Source: Desulfatiglandales bacterium (GTDB lineage Bacteria; Desulfobacterota; DSM-4660; Desulfatiglandales; Desulfatiglandaceae). From it: 64,000 nucleotides of DNA. Made by a program: the position numbers and the translations under genes. This document shows positions 8,404-17,735 of the stretch, in pieces (within the stretch, counting starts at the first letter, position 1; every line of letters begins with the position of its first letter). The stretch lies in contig OY759599.1 of NCBI GenBank assembly GCA_963662465.1, forward strand, positions 7,584,001 through 7,648,000, read 5' to 3'. The notes under the pieces are model-generated. The model saw only the letters and a program-made list of their open reading frames with translations, was not told where the DNA came from and made no database searches.

Positions 8404-10725
8404 ATGAAACGGCGAACCAGCGGTGTTATTGAAGGGATTGTTCAGGGAGTTGGCTTTCGACCCTTCATCTACCAGTTGGCAGGTCGATATCAACTGTCGG
8501 GTTATGTGGGCAATACGGATTTCGGTGTGGATATCGAGGTGGAAGGCGCCCCCCGGGATATTGACTCTTTTACCGAGGCCGTGGTTTCGAACCCCCCGCC
8601 ACTGGCTCATATCGCCTCGGTTTGCTGGACGGATGTCCCCCTAAAAAACCAGAACTCCTTTGAAATTCGAGAAAGCAGCGGCGCACGGGAACGGTCCGCC
8701 CTTATCACTCCGGATGTGGGCATCTGTTCAGACTGCCTCGAAGAGCTGATGAATCCTTTGGATCGGCGATTTCGCTATCCTTTTATCAACTGCACCAACT
8801 GCGGTCCCCGATATACCATCATCAAAGATATTCCCTATGATCGGGCTGTCACCACCATGGCCTCTTTCAAAATGTGCCCGGTGTGTCAACAAGAATATGA
8901 AGACCCCACCAATCGGCGTTTTCATGCGCAGCCCAACGCTTGCTGGGCCTGTGGGCCGGGTGTGTCCTTCTATGACTGTGAGGGCAAAAAAATCTTCTGT
9001 GATGATCCGGTCCAAAAAACAGTTTCCCTTTTGGCTGAAGGGTCAATCCTGGCCATCAAGGGGTTGGGCGGGTTTCATCTTTGTGTGGATGCTGCAAATC
9101 TTTCGGCCGTGGTTCGACTCAGGAGGCAAAAACATCGGGAAGAAAAGCCCCTCGCTGTAATGGTTCGGGATCTTGAGATGGCCCGGAAAATCGTCCATGT
9201 GAGCCAGGTGGAAGCTGAATTGCTTTCGTCCCATGAAAAACCGATTGTTCTTCTCAAGAAAAGAAAAATCACGGGTCTCGCCGAACAGGTGGCGCCGTTT
9301 AACCGTTCTCTGGGCGTCATGTTGCCCTATACCCCGTTGCATGTTCTTCTGATGGCGGGCCCTTTCAGTGCCCTGGTCATGACCAGCGGCAATGTGAGTG
9401 AGGAACCCATCGCGCGGGACAATGATGAGGCCTTTAAAAAACTTCATGGCATTGCCGATTATTTTCTGGCCCACAATCGGGATATCTATCTTCGCGGGGA
9501 TGATTCAGTGGTTCGGGTGGTGGATGGGGTTGGAAGACAGCTCAGGCGATCCCGGGGATACGTGCCGGTGCCTATTTTTTTGCCCCCATCCTTCGGCGCC
9601 ATGCCGGCGGTGCTGGCCCTGGGGGGGGAACTTAAAAATACGATCTGTTTGACCAAAAAAAATCGGGCTTTTTTAAGTCAGCATATCGGGGATCTGGAGA
9701 ATCTGGAAACTTTCGATTTTTTTCGTTTGACCGTGTCGCATCTGCGGCGAATTCTGGAGATTCATCCCGAAGTGATGGTCCACGACCTTCACCCCGACTA
9801 TCTGAGTTCCAGGTTTGCCAGGGAACAACATGAAATTGCGACCTTCGCCGTGCAACATCACCATGCTCATATTGTGAGCTGTCTTGCCGAGCATGGCAGG
9901 GAAGGCCCTGTCATCGGGGTGGCCATGGACGGCACGGGACTGGGATTGGATGGGGCCATTTGGGGCGGCGAAATTCTGATCTCTGATGCCGTTTCCTTTA
10001 GAAGATGCGCCCATTTGTCCTATCTTCCGCTTCCCGGCGGTGATGCGGCCGCCAAATCGCCATGGCGTATGGGGTTGATCTATCTTCATCATGCCTATGG
10101 GGAGAAACTGTTTGATCTTTCCATTCCCTTTGTTCGGAATATGGATCTGGAGACGTCATCTATTATTCTGCAAATGACCCGGAAAGGGGTTCATTCGCCG
10201 TTGACATCCAGTTGCGGCCGGTTTTTTGATGCGGTTTCCGCTTTGATTGGCATTCGCAACGAAATCGCATATGAGGGGCAGGCGGCTATTGAACTGGAGA
10301 TGATTCAGGATTTAAACGAAGAAGGGGCTTATGCTTTCGACATTCATCCACGAGCGAATAAATGGGTCATGGAAACCACCCCGATCATTCAGGGCGTGGT
10401 CAAAGATCTGCTTGAAGGCGAAAGCCAAGGCGTTATCAGCCGCCGCTTTCACAATACCCTGATTCAAATGTTGCACCGGATCTGCATCATCATCAGGACG
10501 GAAAGCGGTATTGAACAGGTGGCGTTGAGTGGTGGGACCTTTCAGAACGAAACCCTGCAGAGCGGTCTGACGAAGGTCCTTGTCTCTGACGGATTTAACG
10601 TCTTGAGCCACGCACTGGTTCCCACCAACGACGGCGGATTGAGTTTGGGCCAGGCGGTTATTGCCGGGATGATTTGTGCCGGCCATCAGGGTCAATTTGA
10701 GGAAACCTATGAAATACATGGATGA
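8404..10725 (+). CDS. hypF: carbamoyltransferase HypF
   Basis: acylphosphatase GIVQGVGFRP, two Zn fingers, QHHHAH, PTNDGGLSLGQ; exact start uncertain. Confidence 0.96.
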   Translation: MKRRTSGVIEGIVQGVGFRPFIYQLAGRYQLSGYVGNTDFGVDIEVEGAPRDIDSFTEAVVSNPPPLAHIASVCWTDVPLKNQNSFEIRESSGARERSALITPDVGICSDCLEELMNPLDRRFRYPFINCTNCGPRYTIIKDIPYDRAVTTMASFKMCPVCQQEYEDPTNRRFHAQPNACWACGPGVSFYDCEGKKIFCDDPVQKTVSLLAEGSILAIKGLGGFHLCVDAANLSAVVRLRRQKHREEKPLAVMVRDLEMARKIVHVSQVEAELLSSHEKPIVLLKKRKITGLAEQVAPFNRSLGVMLPYTPLHVLLMAGPFSALVMTSGNVSEEPIARDNDEAFKKLHGIADYFLAHNRDIYLRGDDSVVRVVDGVGRQLRRSRGYVPVPIFLPPSFGAMPAVLALGGELKNTICLTKKNRAFLSQHIGDLENLETFDFFRLTVSHLRRILEIHPEVMVHDLHPDYLSSRFAREQHEIATFAVQHHHAHIVSCLAEHGREGPVIGVAMDGTGLGLDGAIWGGEILISDAVSFRRCAHLSYLPLPGGDAAAKSPWRMGLIYLHHAYGEKLFDLSIPFVRNMDLETSSIILQMTRKGVHSPLTSSCGRFFDAVSALIGIRNEIAYEGQAAIELEMIQDLNEEGAYAFDIHPRANKWVMETTPIIQGVVKDLLEGESQGVISRRFHNTLIQMLHRICIIIRTESGIEQVALSGGTFQNETLQSGLTKVLVSDGFNVLSHALVPTNDGGLSLGQAVIAGMICAGHQGQFEETYEIHG

Positions 10726-11791
10726 ATATCGGGACGGCGCAGTGGCAAAAGCCCTGTCTGACAGGATCAGGGCCATTTCCACGAAACGGGTGCGCTTGAT
10801 GGAAATCTGCGGGACCCACACCATGGCTATTTTCAGACACGGCATTCGAAGTCTTTTGCCCGAAACCATTGAGCTGGTGTCAGGTCCCGGTTGCCCCGTC
10901 TGCGTTACCGCCATGGAGGAGATTGACCGGGCCGTGAAACTGGCGCGGACCCCGGGGGTGATGGTAACCACCTTCGGGGATATGATCCGGGTGCCCGGCA
11001 GCGGTTTTTCCCTGCAGATGGCGCAGGCTGAAGGGGCCACGGTGAAAATGGTCTATTCTACTTTTGACGCCCTGAAAATTGCTTCCCATAACCGTGACAG
11101 AGAGGTGGTTTTCCTGGGCATCGGGTTTGAGACCACCGCTCCCACGGTGGCGGCCGCCATTCAGACTGCATATGCCAATGGTGATGCCAATTTTTCGGTA
11201 CTCTCGGCCCATAAACTGCTGCCCCCGGCCATGGATGCCCTCCTTTCCGATGGGAATGCCATGGTTGACGGGTTTCTCTGCCCGGGCCATGTGACCACCA
11301 TCATCGGCACGTCCTCTTATGAAACCGTGACCAAAAAGTACAACACGCCCTGTGTGGTGACCGGGTTTGAGCCCGTGGATATTCTTCAGGGGATACTGAT
11401 GCTGGTGGAGCAGATTGAATCAGGCCGGTCGGAGGTTGAGATTCAATATGCCCGCGGCGTTTCACCCGAGGGGAATCCCGGCGCCCAGGCCATCATGAAC
11501 GGGGTATTTGAACCCTGCCATGCGCCCTGGCGAGGGTTGGGAATTATTCCAGGCAGTGGCCTTGCCATCAGGGAAATCTATGAAAGCTTTGATGCGAGAA
11601 ATCGATTTGACCTGGAAGTGCCGCCGGCCCGGGAGCCGTCCGGCTGCCTCTGCGCACGGATACTCCGGGGTGCTGCCAGGCCCCCGGACTGTAAGCTGTT
11701 TCGGAAGTCCTGCACACCGGGGACACCTGTCGGTCCGTGCATGGTATCCAGCGAAGGGACCTGTGCGGCTTATTTTAAATACCATCCATAA
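10709..11791 (+). CDS. hypD: hydrogenase formation protein HypD
   Basis: CGTHT, GPGCPVC, GFETT, PGHV and CMVSSEGTC motifs; start at MKYMDEY with GAGG RBS. Confidence 0.96.
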   Translation: MKYMDEYRDGAVAKALSDRIRAISTKRVRLMEICGTHTMAIFRHGIRSLLPETIELVSGPGCPVCVTAMEEIDRAVKLARTPGVMVTTFGDMIRVPGSGFSLQMAQAEGATVKMVYSTFDALKIASHNRDREVVFLGIGFETTAPTVAAAIQTAYANGDANFSVLSAHKLLPPAMDALLSDGNAMVDGFLCPGHVTTIIGTSSYETVTKKYNTPCVVTGFEPVDILQGILMLVEQIESGRSEVEIQYARGVSPEGNPGAQAIMNGVFEPCHAPWRGLGIIPGSGLAIREIYESFDARNRFDLEVPPAREPSGCLCARILRGAARPPDCKLFRKSCTPGTPVGPCMVSSEGTCAAYFKYHP

Positions 11792-11801
11792 GGAGGAAGC
11801 C

Positions 11802-12182
11802 ATGTTCAAAATTTTGGAAGGAAGTGAAGGCAATGTGCTGGGTGTTGAGGTGGTCGGTGGTTATATGAAAGAAGACATTGAGGAACTGAAAAAAATCTGT
11901 GATGATAAACTTGCTGAGGGGCACGATAAACTGAATTTTCTCATCAGGATCGATCAGCTGGATTTTGGAAAGAGCGAGTTCGGAGCCTTTTACGAGGATG
12001 CCAAATATGCCCTTTCGCATATGAAAAATCTGCGTCATATTGCAGTGGTGGGTCACAGCAAACTGGAAAAAATTTTGATTGAGTTGGATAATAAGCTATT
12101 GGGTAGCGTAAAGAAGGATTTGATTGAAAAATATTTTGATGTGGCCGATATGGATAAAGCCTGGGAGTTCGTGCGCGGCTAG
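11802..12182 (+). CDS. SpoIIAA-like (STAS/SEC14) domain protein
   Basis: AAGGAGG RBS; RHIAVVG...KYF...DKAWEFV pattern. Confidence 0.8.
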   Translation: MFKILEGSEGNVLGVEVVGGYMKEDIEELKKICDDKLAEGHDKLNFLIRIDQLDFGKSEFGAFYEDAKYALSHMKNLRHIAVVGHSKLEKILIELDNKLLGSVKKDLIEKYFDVADMDKAWEFVRG

Positions 12183-12283
12183 GCCTGTTTTTTTCATCCG
12201 TCAATTCGAATATTTTCCCAGGGGATTCGAGATGTTTGTCACGATCACGGAGCCCCCGGGGATTTTTAGCTTTTGATGTCGGT

Positions 12284-13120
12284 CTACCCTTTCCCCAGTT
12301 CAATGGACCGTTTTGTGGCGGATTCAACCGCATTCATGAGGGAAGCGCGAAGGCCGCCTTTTTCCAGCTCATGGATGCCCGCGATGGTGGTGCCGCCGGG
12401 AGAAGTTACCATACATTTGAGTTGCCCGGGGTTCGTGCGGGTCTCAAGGAACATCTTGGCTGATCCCATGAGGGTTTGTGCCGCAAGGGTCTCCGCCACA
12501 TCCCGGGGCAGGCCCATTTTGACGCCGCCGTCGGCCAGGGCTTCCAGTATGATGAACACATAGGCGGGGCCGGAACCGGAAAGACCCGTGGCGGCGTCAA
12601 TCAGCTTTTCTTCAATGCGCACGGTGCGCCCGATGGGATGGAAAAGCGTCTCCACGGTCTCGAAATCTTCGGGACGGGCGGGACTGTCGGAGGCGATGGC
12701 GATGGCGCCTGCCATCACTGTGACCGGCGTATTGGGGATGGTGCGAACAACCCGCGGATGCTGGGGCAGCGCGTCAACGAAAGTCTGAATGGGGACGCCG
12801 GCCACAATGGAAATCAGCAGTTTATCAGGACCCATATGAACGCTGATGTCGTTTAGCACCTCATGGATCACCTGGGGTTTAACGGCCAGAATGAGCACAT
12901 TTGATCGGTCTATCAGCGATCGATTGTCTGCCAGGGTTTCCATGTCAAAGGTCTTGGACATGTGGACTCTTCGTTCATGGGAGATGTCTGATGCCAGAAT
13001 TCGGTCAGGCAATACCACCTGGTTTTTGATGATACCGCGAATTATGGCTTCCGCCATGTTGCCCGCGCCGATAAAGCCTAAGGACTTGTCCTTCAGAGCG
13101 GATTTAATATCTAAAGACAT
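12284..13120 (-). CDS. proC: pyrroline-5-carboxylate reductase
   Basis: GFIGAGNM, LAVKP, TGLSGSGPAY and VTSPGGTT motifs. Confidence 0.96.
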   Translation of the reverse strand: MSLDIKSALKDKSLGFIGAGNMAEAIIRGIIKNQVVLPDRILASDISHERRVHMSKTFDMETLADNRSLIDRSNVLILAVKPQVIHEVLNDISVHMGPDKLLISIVAGVPIQTFVDALPQHPRVVRTIPNTPVTVMAGAIAIASDSPARPEDFETVETLFHPIGRTVRIEEKLIDAATGLSGSGPAYVFIILEALADGGVKMGLPRDVAETLAAQTLMGSAKMFLETRTNPGQLKCMVTSPGGTTIAGIHELEKGGLRASLMNAVESATKRSIELGKG

Positions 13121-13149
13121 AGGGTGTAAGCCTCCTTAACTGTAAGAAT

Positions 13150-14646
13150 CTAAGACCCAAAAAGCGTTTTCACGATGGGTTTGGTCACCTTTCCCATGGG
13201 GTTGCACGGCAGCTTTTTTACCACCAGAACGTTGGTGGGGACTTTGTAGGGCGCAAGCCTTTCCTTTCCCCAGTTTCGCAGTTCCGCCGGTGAGAGCGAA
13301 GCACCCTCTTCAAGAACGATGGCCGCGCAGACCCTTTCTCCCCATTCGAGATCTTCCTTTCCCACCACGGCGCATTCCGTGATATGAGGGTGGCTTCTGA
13401 GGACTTCCTCGATTTCAAGGGCCGAGATTTTAAAGCCGCCGGTTTTGATAATGTCCGTACTTTGCCGGCCCAGAATGCGGTAGTCGCTTTTTTCCACCAC
13501 GGCCATGTCCCCGGTGCGAAACCAGGCGCCGCGAAATGCACTTTGCGTCTCTTGGGTCCGCTGCCAGTATTCCTGAAATACGGATGGTCCACTGACCTCG
13601 ATTTCTCCCGAAGTTCCGGCGGGAACCGCATTGCCGGCTTCATCTACCAGGCGAACGTCCACTCCGGGCAGTGGGGCGCCCACATATCCCGGTTTCCGTT
13701 TTCCATGGAGCGGATTAGAAAGGGCCATGCCGATTTCCGTCATGCCATAGCGCTCCAGCAGTGCATGACCGCTGATGCTTTGCCACTCATGAAAGGCCGT
13801 GGCCGGAAGGGCGGCCGATCCCGAGACCATGAGCCGGAGACGTGCGCAGGCCTTTGCCATGATCTGCTGCTGTTCCGGGGATGATTCCTTCCAGGCCGCG
13901 ATCAATTTGACATAGATGGTGGGTACCGCCATGAACAACGTGATGTTGCCTTCAAGAAATTTTTGCCATACCCGGGCAGCGTCGAAACGGGGAAGCATTT
14001 CGCAACTTGCTCCGGCCCACTGGGCGCAGCACAGCACATTGACGATGCCGTGGGTGTGATGCAGGGGCAGCACGTGAAGGATGCGATCATCCCCGCGCCA
14101 TTCCCAAGCTTTGACCAGGGTCGTGATCTGGACTTGAAGATTGTGGTGGGTCAGGAGTACGCCTTTGGGTTTTCCCGTGGTGCCGCTGGTGTAGAGAATC
14201 ATGGCCGGGTTTTCAGAACTAACCTCGGGAAGTGCCTGAACATCGCTTTTGAGGAGGCTGTCTGTTGATAGGAAAGGGATATCAAGCTTCCGGGCGATGG
14301 GTGCAAGGGTGTCGATAAAATCCGGATGACCGACCACAATGGATGCCCCTGAATCTTGAATGGCATATGCTAACTCTGCTGGTGGATGGACTTCACAGAG
14401 GGGCACGGCGATGCCCCCCGCACGCCAGATTCCCCACTGGACGGTCGGGTAATCAAAATTCCGGGGCACCAGGAATGCCACCCGCCGGCCTTCAAGGTCC
14501 TTTTTCCCCGCCAGAAGTCCCGCGGCCGCCCGCGAAGAGGCCTCAAGGAGTTCACGGTAGGTGAAATCGCCATCCACTGTGGAGATGGCGATTCGTTCTC
14601 CGTGCTTTTCAGCCCTTGCAACAAGGGGAATGCCGGTGTTAACCAT
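13150..14646 (-). CDS. acyl-CoA synthetase, malonyl-CoA synthetase (MatB/ACSF3)-like
   Basis: YTSGTTGKPKG, ERYGMTE, FRTGD and MGKV motifs. Confidence 0.88.
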   Translation of the reverse strand: MVNTGIPLVARAEKHGERIAISTVDGDFTYRELLEASSRAAAGLLAGKKDLEGRRVAFLVPRNFDYPTVQWGIWRAGGIAVPLCEVHPPAELAYAIQDSGASIVVGHPDFIDTLAPIARKLDIPFLSTDSLLKSDVQALPEVSSENPAMILYTSGTTGKPKGVLLTHHNLQVQITTLVKAWEWRGDDRILHVLPLHHTHGIVNVLCCAQWAGASCEMLPRFDAARVWQKFLEGNITLFMAVPTIYVKLIAAWKESSPEQQQIMAKACARLRLMVSGSAALPATAFHEWQSISGHALLERYGMTEIGMALSNPLHGKRKPGYVGAPLPGVDVRLVDEAGNAVPAGTSGEIEVSGPSVFQEYWQRTQETQSAFRGAWFRTGDMAVVEKSDYRILGRQSTDIIKTGGFKISALEIEEVLRSHPHITECAVVGKEDLEWGERVCAAIVLEEGASLSPAELRNWGKERLAPYKVPTNVLVVKKLPCNPMGKVTKPIVKTLFGS

Positions 14647-15235
14647 GGATTTTCATTGCTACCTGGGCAACCCTTTGTCCTAGGCTCTCCACGGTTTTAA
14701 GGCCTGCATCATCCTTTTCAATGCCTTCCGGGTGACCTCCCCACATGGTTCCGCCAAAATGCGCCCCCGGCTTGCCGTCTCCCACCAGGATCATGTCGTG
14801 AACCAGCATGACCGATTGAACCTGCTGTATGGCCGCCTCCTGTCCGCCATTCCGAAATCCTCCCACGGCAATGACGCCGCCCACTTTGTCTTGAAACAGG
14901 AATCCATTGCGCCTGAACATGACGCTGCGATCCAGAAAGGCTTTGCATTGGGAACTCATGGCGCCCAGGTATACCGGGGTTGCCACGATAATCCCCCCTA
15001 ATTCTGGATCTTTGAGGATGGGAATGATGTCGTTAAAATCATCTTTCTGGCTGCATTCCAGTGCTTTCATGCAGTGGCCGCATGCAATACACCCTTTGAT
15101 TTCCATTCCAGCAAGGTCGATGATTTCAGTTTTGATTTCAGGGAAATTTTCAGTAATTGCGCGGATGCAATAGTCCAGGGACGTCCGGGTAGTCTTTCCT
15201 TTTCGAGGGCTGCAGGAAACGCCGACAATTTTCAT
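14639..15235 (-). CDS. iron-sulfur flavoprotein (flavodoxin family)
   Basis: SPRKG, CxxCxxCx5C, TPVY and RNGGQE motifs. Confidence 0.88.
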   Translation of the reverse strand: MKIVGVSCSPRKGKTTRTSLDYCIRAITENFPEIKTEIIDLAGMEIKGCIACGHCMKALECSQKDDFNDIIPILKDPELGGIIVATPVYLGAMSSQCKAFLDRSVMFRRNGFLFQDKVGGVIAVGGFRNGGQEAAIQQVQSVMLVHDMILVGDGKPGAHFGGTMWGGHPEGIEKDDAGLKTVESLGQRVAQVAMKIHG

Positions 15236-15490
15236 GGGATTCTCCTTTCCATGGTTCCGACCGGCGCGGGATAATCATGAATCGCCGGGTTTTGGAACCG
15301 CTTTAAGATTGTATTGATGAAAACATGTTAAACGGGGAATTTAACGATTTCCCATGAAGATTGATATGGCCCATATAGCGCGTGGAGTCAAGGGTATTTC
15401 AGTGAATATGTTTTCGAAAACCGCTAAAATTACCATGACCGCTTGTTGCTTCCGGCGCTTTAACATGGTAATAGAACGACCAACCGTTCA

Positions 15491-15580
15491 CAGGGGGCAG
15501 GGAACAGTTGTCAGGGGGCAGGATAAAATTCGAAGCTGATTTTCTGCACCCTGACAACTGCACCCTGACAACTGTTCCTA
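15491..15580. repeat. inverted heptamer-repeat structure
   Basis: CAG-initiated 7-mers (CAGGGGG/CAGTTGT) followed by complementary CTGCACC/CTGACAA/CTGTTCC 7-mers. Confidence 0.7.
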
Positions 15581-15597
15581 ATAAGGAGACGTATGTT

Positions 15598-17358
15598 TTG
15601 ACCAACCTTTCTTCAGCGGTAGATTATGCCTGGATGAAATTAGAATTTTTTCAAGCCCTTGAAGCCGGTGTTGATCGTGTGGCAGCCTGGGCTGACCTTT
15701 TGGACAGCATCAATGTTTTTCCGGTGGCGGATGGGGATACCGGCAGGAATCTGGTGGTCAGTTTGCAACCGCTCAAGCGCCGGGCCGAAAGCCGGGAAGA
15801 ATTAATTGAAGCACTGCTATTGTCGGCGAGGGGTAACTCGGGGAATATCGCTGCCCGGTTTTTCAGCGCTTTTGCATGTATCGAAAGTCCCCACGAACTT
15901 CACCAAATTGTAAAACGGGGACGGGATCTGGCTTGGAAAGCTGTTCCAGCGCCCAAATCCGGAACCATGTTGACATTTTTTGACGTCTTGGTCGAGGCGC
16001 TTCAGCATTATGATATGGCATCGGATTCGGCGTGCCTCGATGAAGTCCTGGACCGGTTAGAGAAAGTGGTCTTTGATACGCCTGAACAGTTAAAGGAACT
16101 GGCCGTCGCCGGGGTGGTGGATGCCGGGGCTTTGGGCATGTTTATTTTTTTTGATGGCTTTTTTAACGTGCTGTTCAACCGGATGGAAAAATTCCGTTCC
16201 ATCGCGGCGGTATTTGAAAATTTGCTTTATGTGAATTCCTCGTGGCAAACCGACGAGGACGGCGGATACTGTATCGATGCGTTATTGAAACGGGGTGCGG
16301 TGTATGCGGGAGATTCCCTGTCAGGCATCTCTCAAGTGGGAAATGAAGTGGTTGCTTTGGGGCACGGGGATTTTATCAAGGTTCACTTGCATGCGGCCGA
16401 TGAAGCCGGGGCCCGGCGGCGGCTTGAAGGGTTTGGGGATCTGGTGAATTGGAAATCGGATGATTTGAAGGTGCAAACCGCCCAATACCGCGCCCTTCCG
16501 AAAACCCAGGCGCTTCATATTATGACTGATGCAGCCGGTTCCATTACGCGAATGGATGCAAAACGGCTCGGCATTACGCTTCTGGAAAGTTACATCAACC
16601 TGGGGTCTCACAGTTATCCTGAAACCCATATGGATTCGGAACGACTCTATATGGAAATGCGAAAAGGGGTTTCCACCTCTACTGCCCAGGCCTCTGTTTT
16701 TGAGCGGCATCAGCGTTATCAGCAGGCCGCAAGCCTGCATTCTCAAGTCCTCTATTTATGCGTGGGGGCAGGATATACGGGAAATTATCAAACGGCTATG
16801 GATTGGAAAAGCCTTCATGATCCGGAGGATAAGTTGATGGTTGTGGATACCCAAGCTGCCTCCGGAAAGCTGGGGTTGCTGGCCATTGCCGCGGCCCGGT
16901 TTTCCCTGAAAGCGCAAGACCCCCACTTGGTCATCGAATATGCCCTGAAAGCGCAAGCGCTGATTGAAGAACTGATTTTTATCGAAAAACTCCACTATCT
17001 TGCCAGAGGCGGTCGAATTTCAAAGACCGGCGCTTTTTTTGGCGATATGCTCCATGTGAAACCCGTTGTAAGTCCGGCGCCCGATGGGGTTAAAAAGGTG
17101 GGAGTGGTCCGAAACAAGGCTCAGCAGATTGATTTTGCTCTGGAAAAATTGAAGGATGGATTGGGCGACTCGCTGTGTCCCGTGATCATGCTGCAATATA
17201 CGGATAACTATCGGTTGGTGGCAGGTGAATTTAAAGTGGCCGTTGAAAACGAGTTTCCATCAGCCGATGTTTTTGTTCAGCCCCTCAGCCTCACCACCGG
17301 CGCCCATTGTGGCCCAGGCGCCTGGGCCGTGGCTTATTTGCCGGAGATTTTCCTGTAA
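15598..17358 (+). CDS. DAK2 (FakA-like) plus DegV (FakB-like) fusion protein
   Basis: INVFPVADGDTG, ARGNSG, GTML, VDAG, KVHLH, then a DegV domain (LARGGRI, GAHCGPG); TTG start chosen from AAGGAG RBS. Confidence 0.87.
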   Translation: MTNLSSAVDYAWMKLEFFQALEAGVDRVAAWADLLDSINVFPVADGDTGRNLVVSLQPLKRRAESREELIEALLLSARGNSGNIAARFFSAFACIESPHELHQIVKRGRDLAWKAVPAPKSGTMLTFFDVLVEALQHYDMASDSACLDEVLDRLEKVVFDTPEQLKELAVAGVVDAGALGMFIFFDGFFNVLFNRMEKFRSIAAVFENLLYVNSSWQTDEDGGYCIDALLKRGAVYAGDSLSGISQVGNEVVALGHGDFIKVHLHAADEAGARRRLEGFGDLVNWKSDDLKVQTAQYRALPKTQALHIMTDAAGSITRMDAKRLGITLLESYINLGSHSYPETHMDSERLYMEMRKGVSTSTAQASVFERHQRYQQAASLHSQVLYLCVGAGYTGNYQTAMDWKSLHDPEDKLMVVDTQAASGKLGLLAIAAARFSLKAQDPHLVIEYALKAQALIEELIFIEKLHYLARGGRISKTGAFFGDMLHVKPVVSPAPDGVKKVGVVRNKAQQIDFALEKLKDGLGDSLCPVIMLQYTDNYRLVAGEFKVAVENEFPSADVFVQPLSLTTGAHCGPGAWAVAYLPEIFL

Positions 17359-17404
17359 ATGAAACCGGGTTGGTTCACGTCTCAACCTGCTTCCGGTGGA
17401 TTTT

Positions 17405-17587
17405 TTATGTTGGGTCTTTGCAGCCTTCGAGGACCTTTCGCATGTGATTCCTTTCAGCTTTCGATATCCTAAGTTGATCTTTTAGTTCCGCCTGGTTTTC
17501 CCAGGGCGTATCTTCGATTTTTCTCTCCAGTTTTTCAACCTCTCGAATCAATTGGTAGAGGTCCTTTGCGATCATTCGGATGCTCAT
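17405..17587 (-). CDS. small coiled-coil hypothetical protein
   Basis: GGAG RBS, 60 aa, fills the gap between genes. Confidence 0.65.
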   Translation of the reverse strand: MSIRMIAKDLYQLIREVEKLERKIEDTPWENQAELKDQLRISKAERNHMRKVLEGCKDPT

Positions 17588-17735
17588 GAACGTTCAATCT
17601 CCGGGTCTGGCATTCAGACTCCAAATTTTGGCTTGACAATGCGCCAATATAATAATAGGACCCAGCTTTAACAACCAAAAAATAGAAAAAAACAGTATCC
17701 CATCTCTTGTTAAACTGAAGAACCGCGCCCTTTTT

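Noticed and set aside
11508..11801. N-terminal extension of the 224-aa ORF
   Set aside because: It overlaps hypD; a strong AAGGAGG RBS places the start at 11802.
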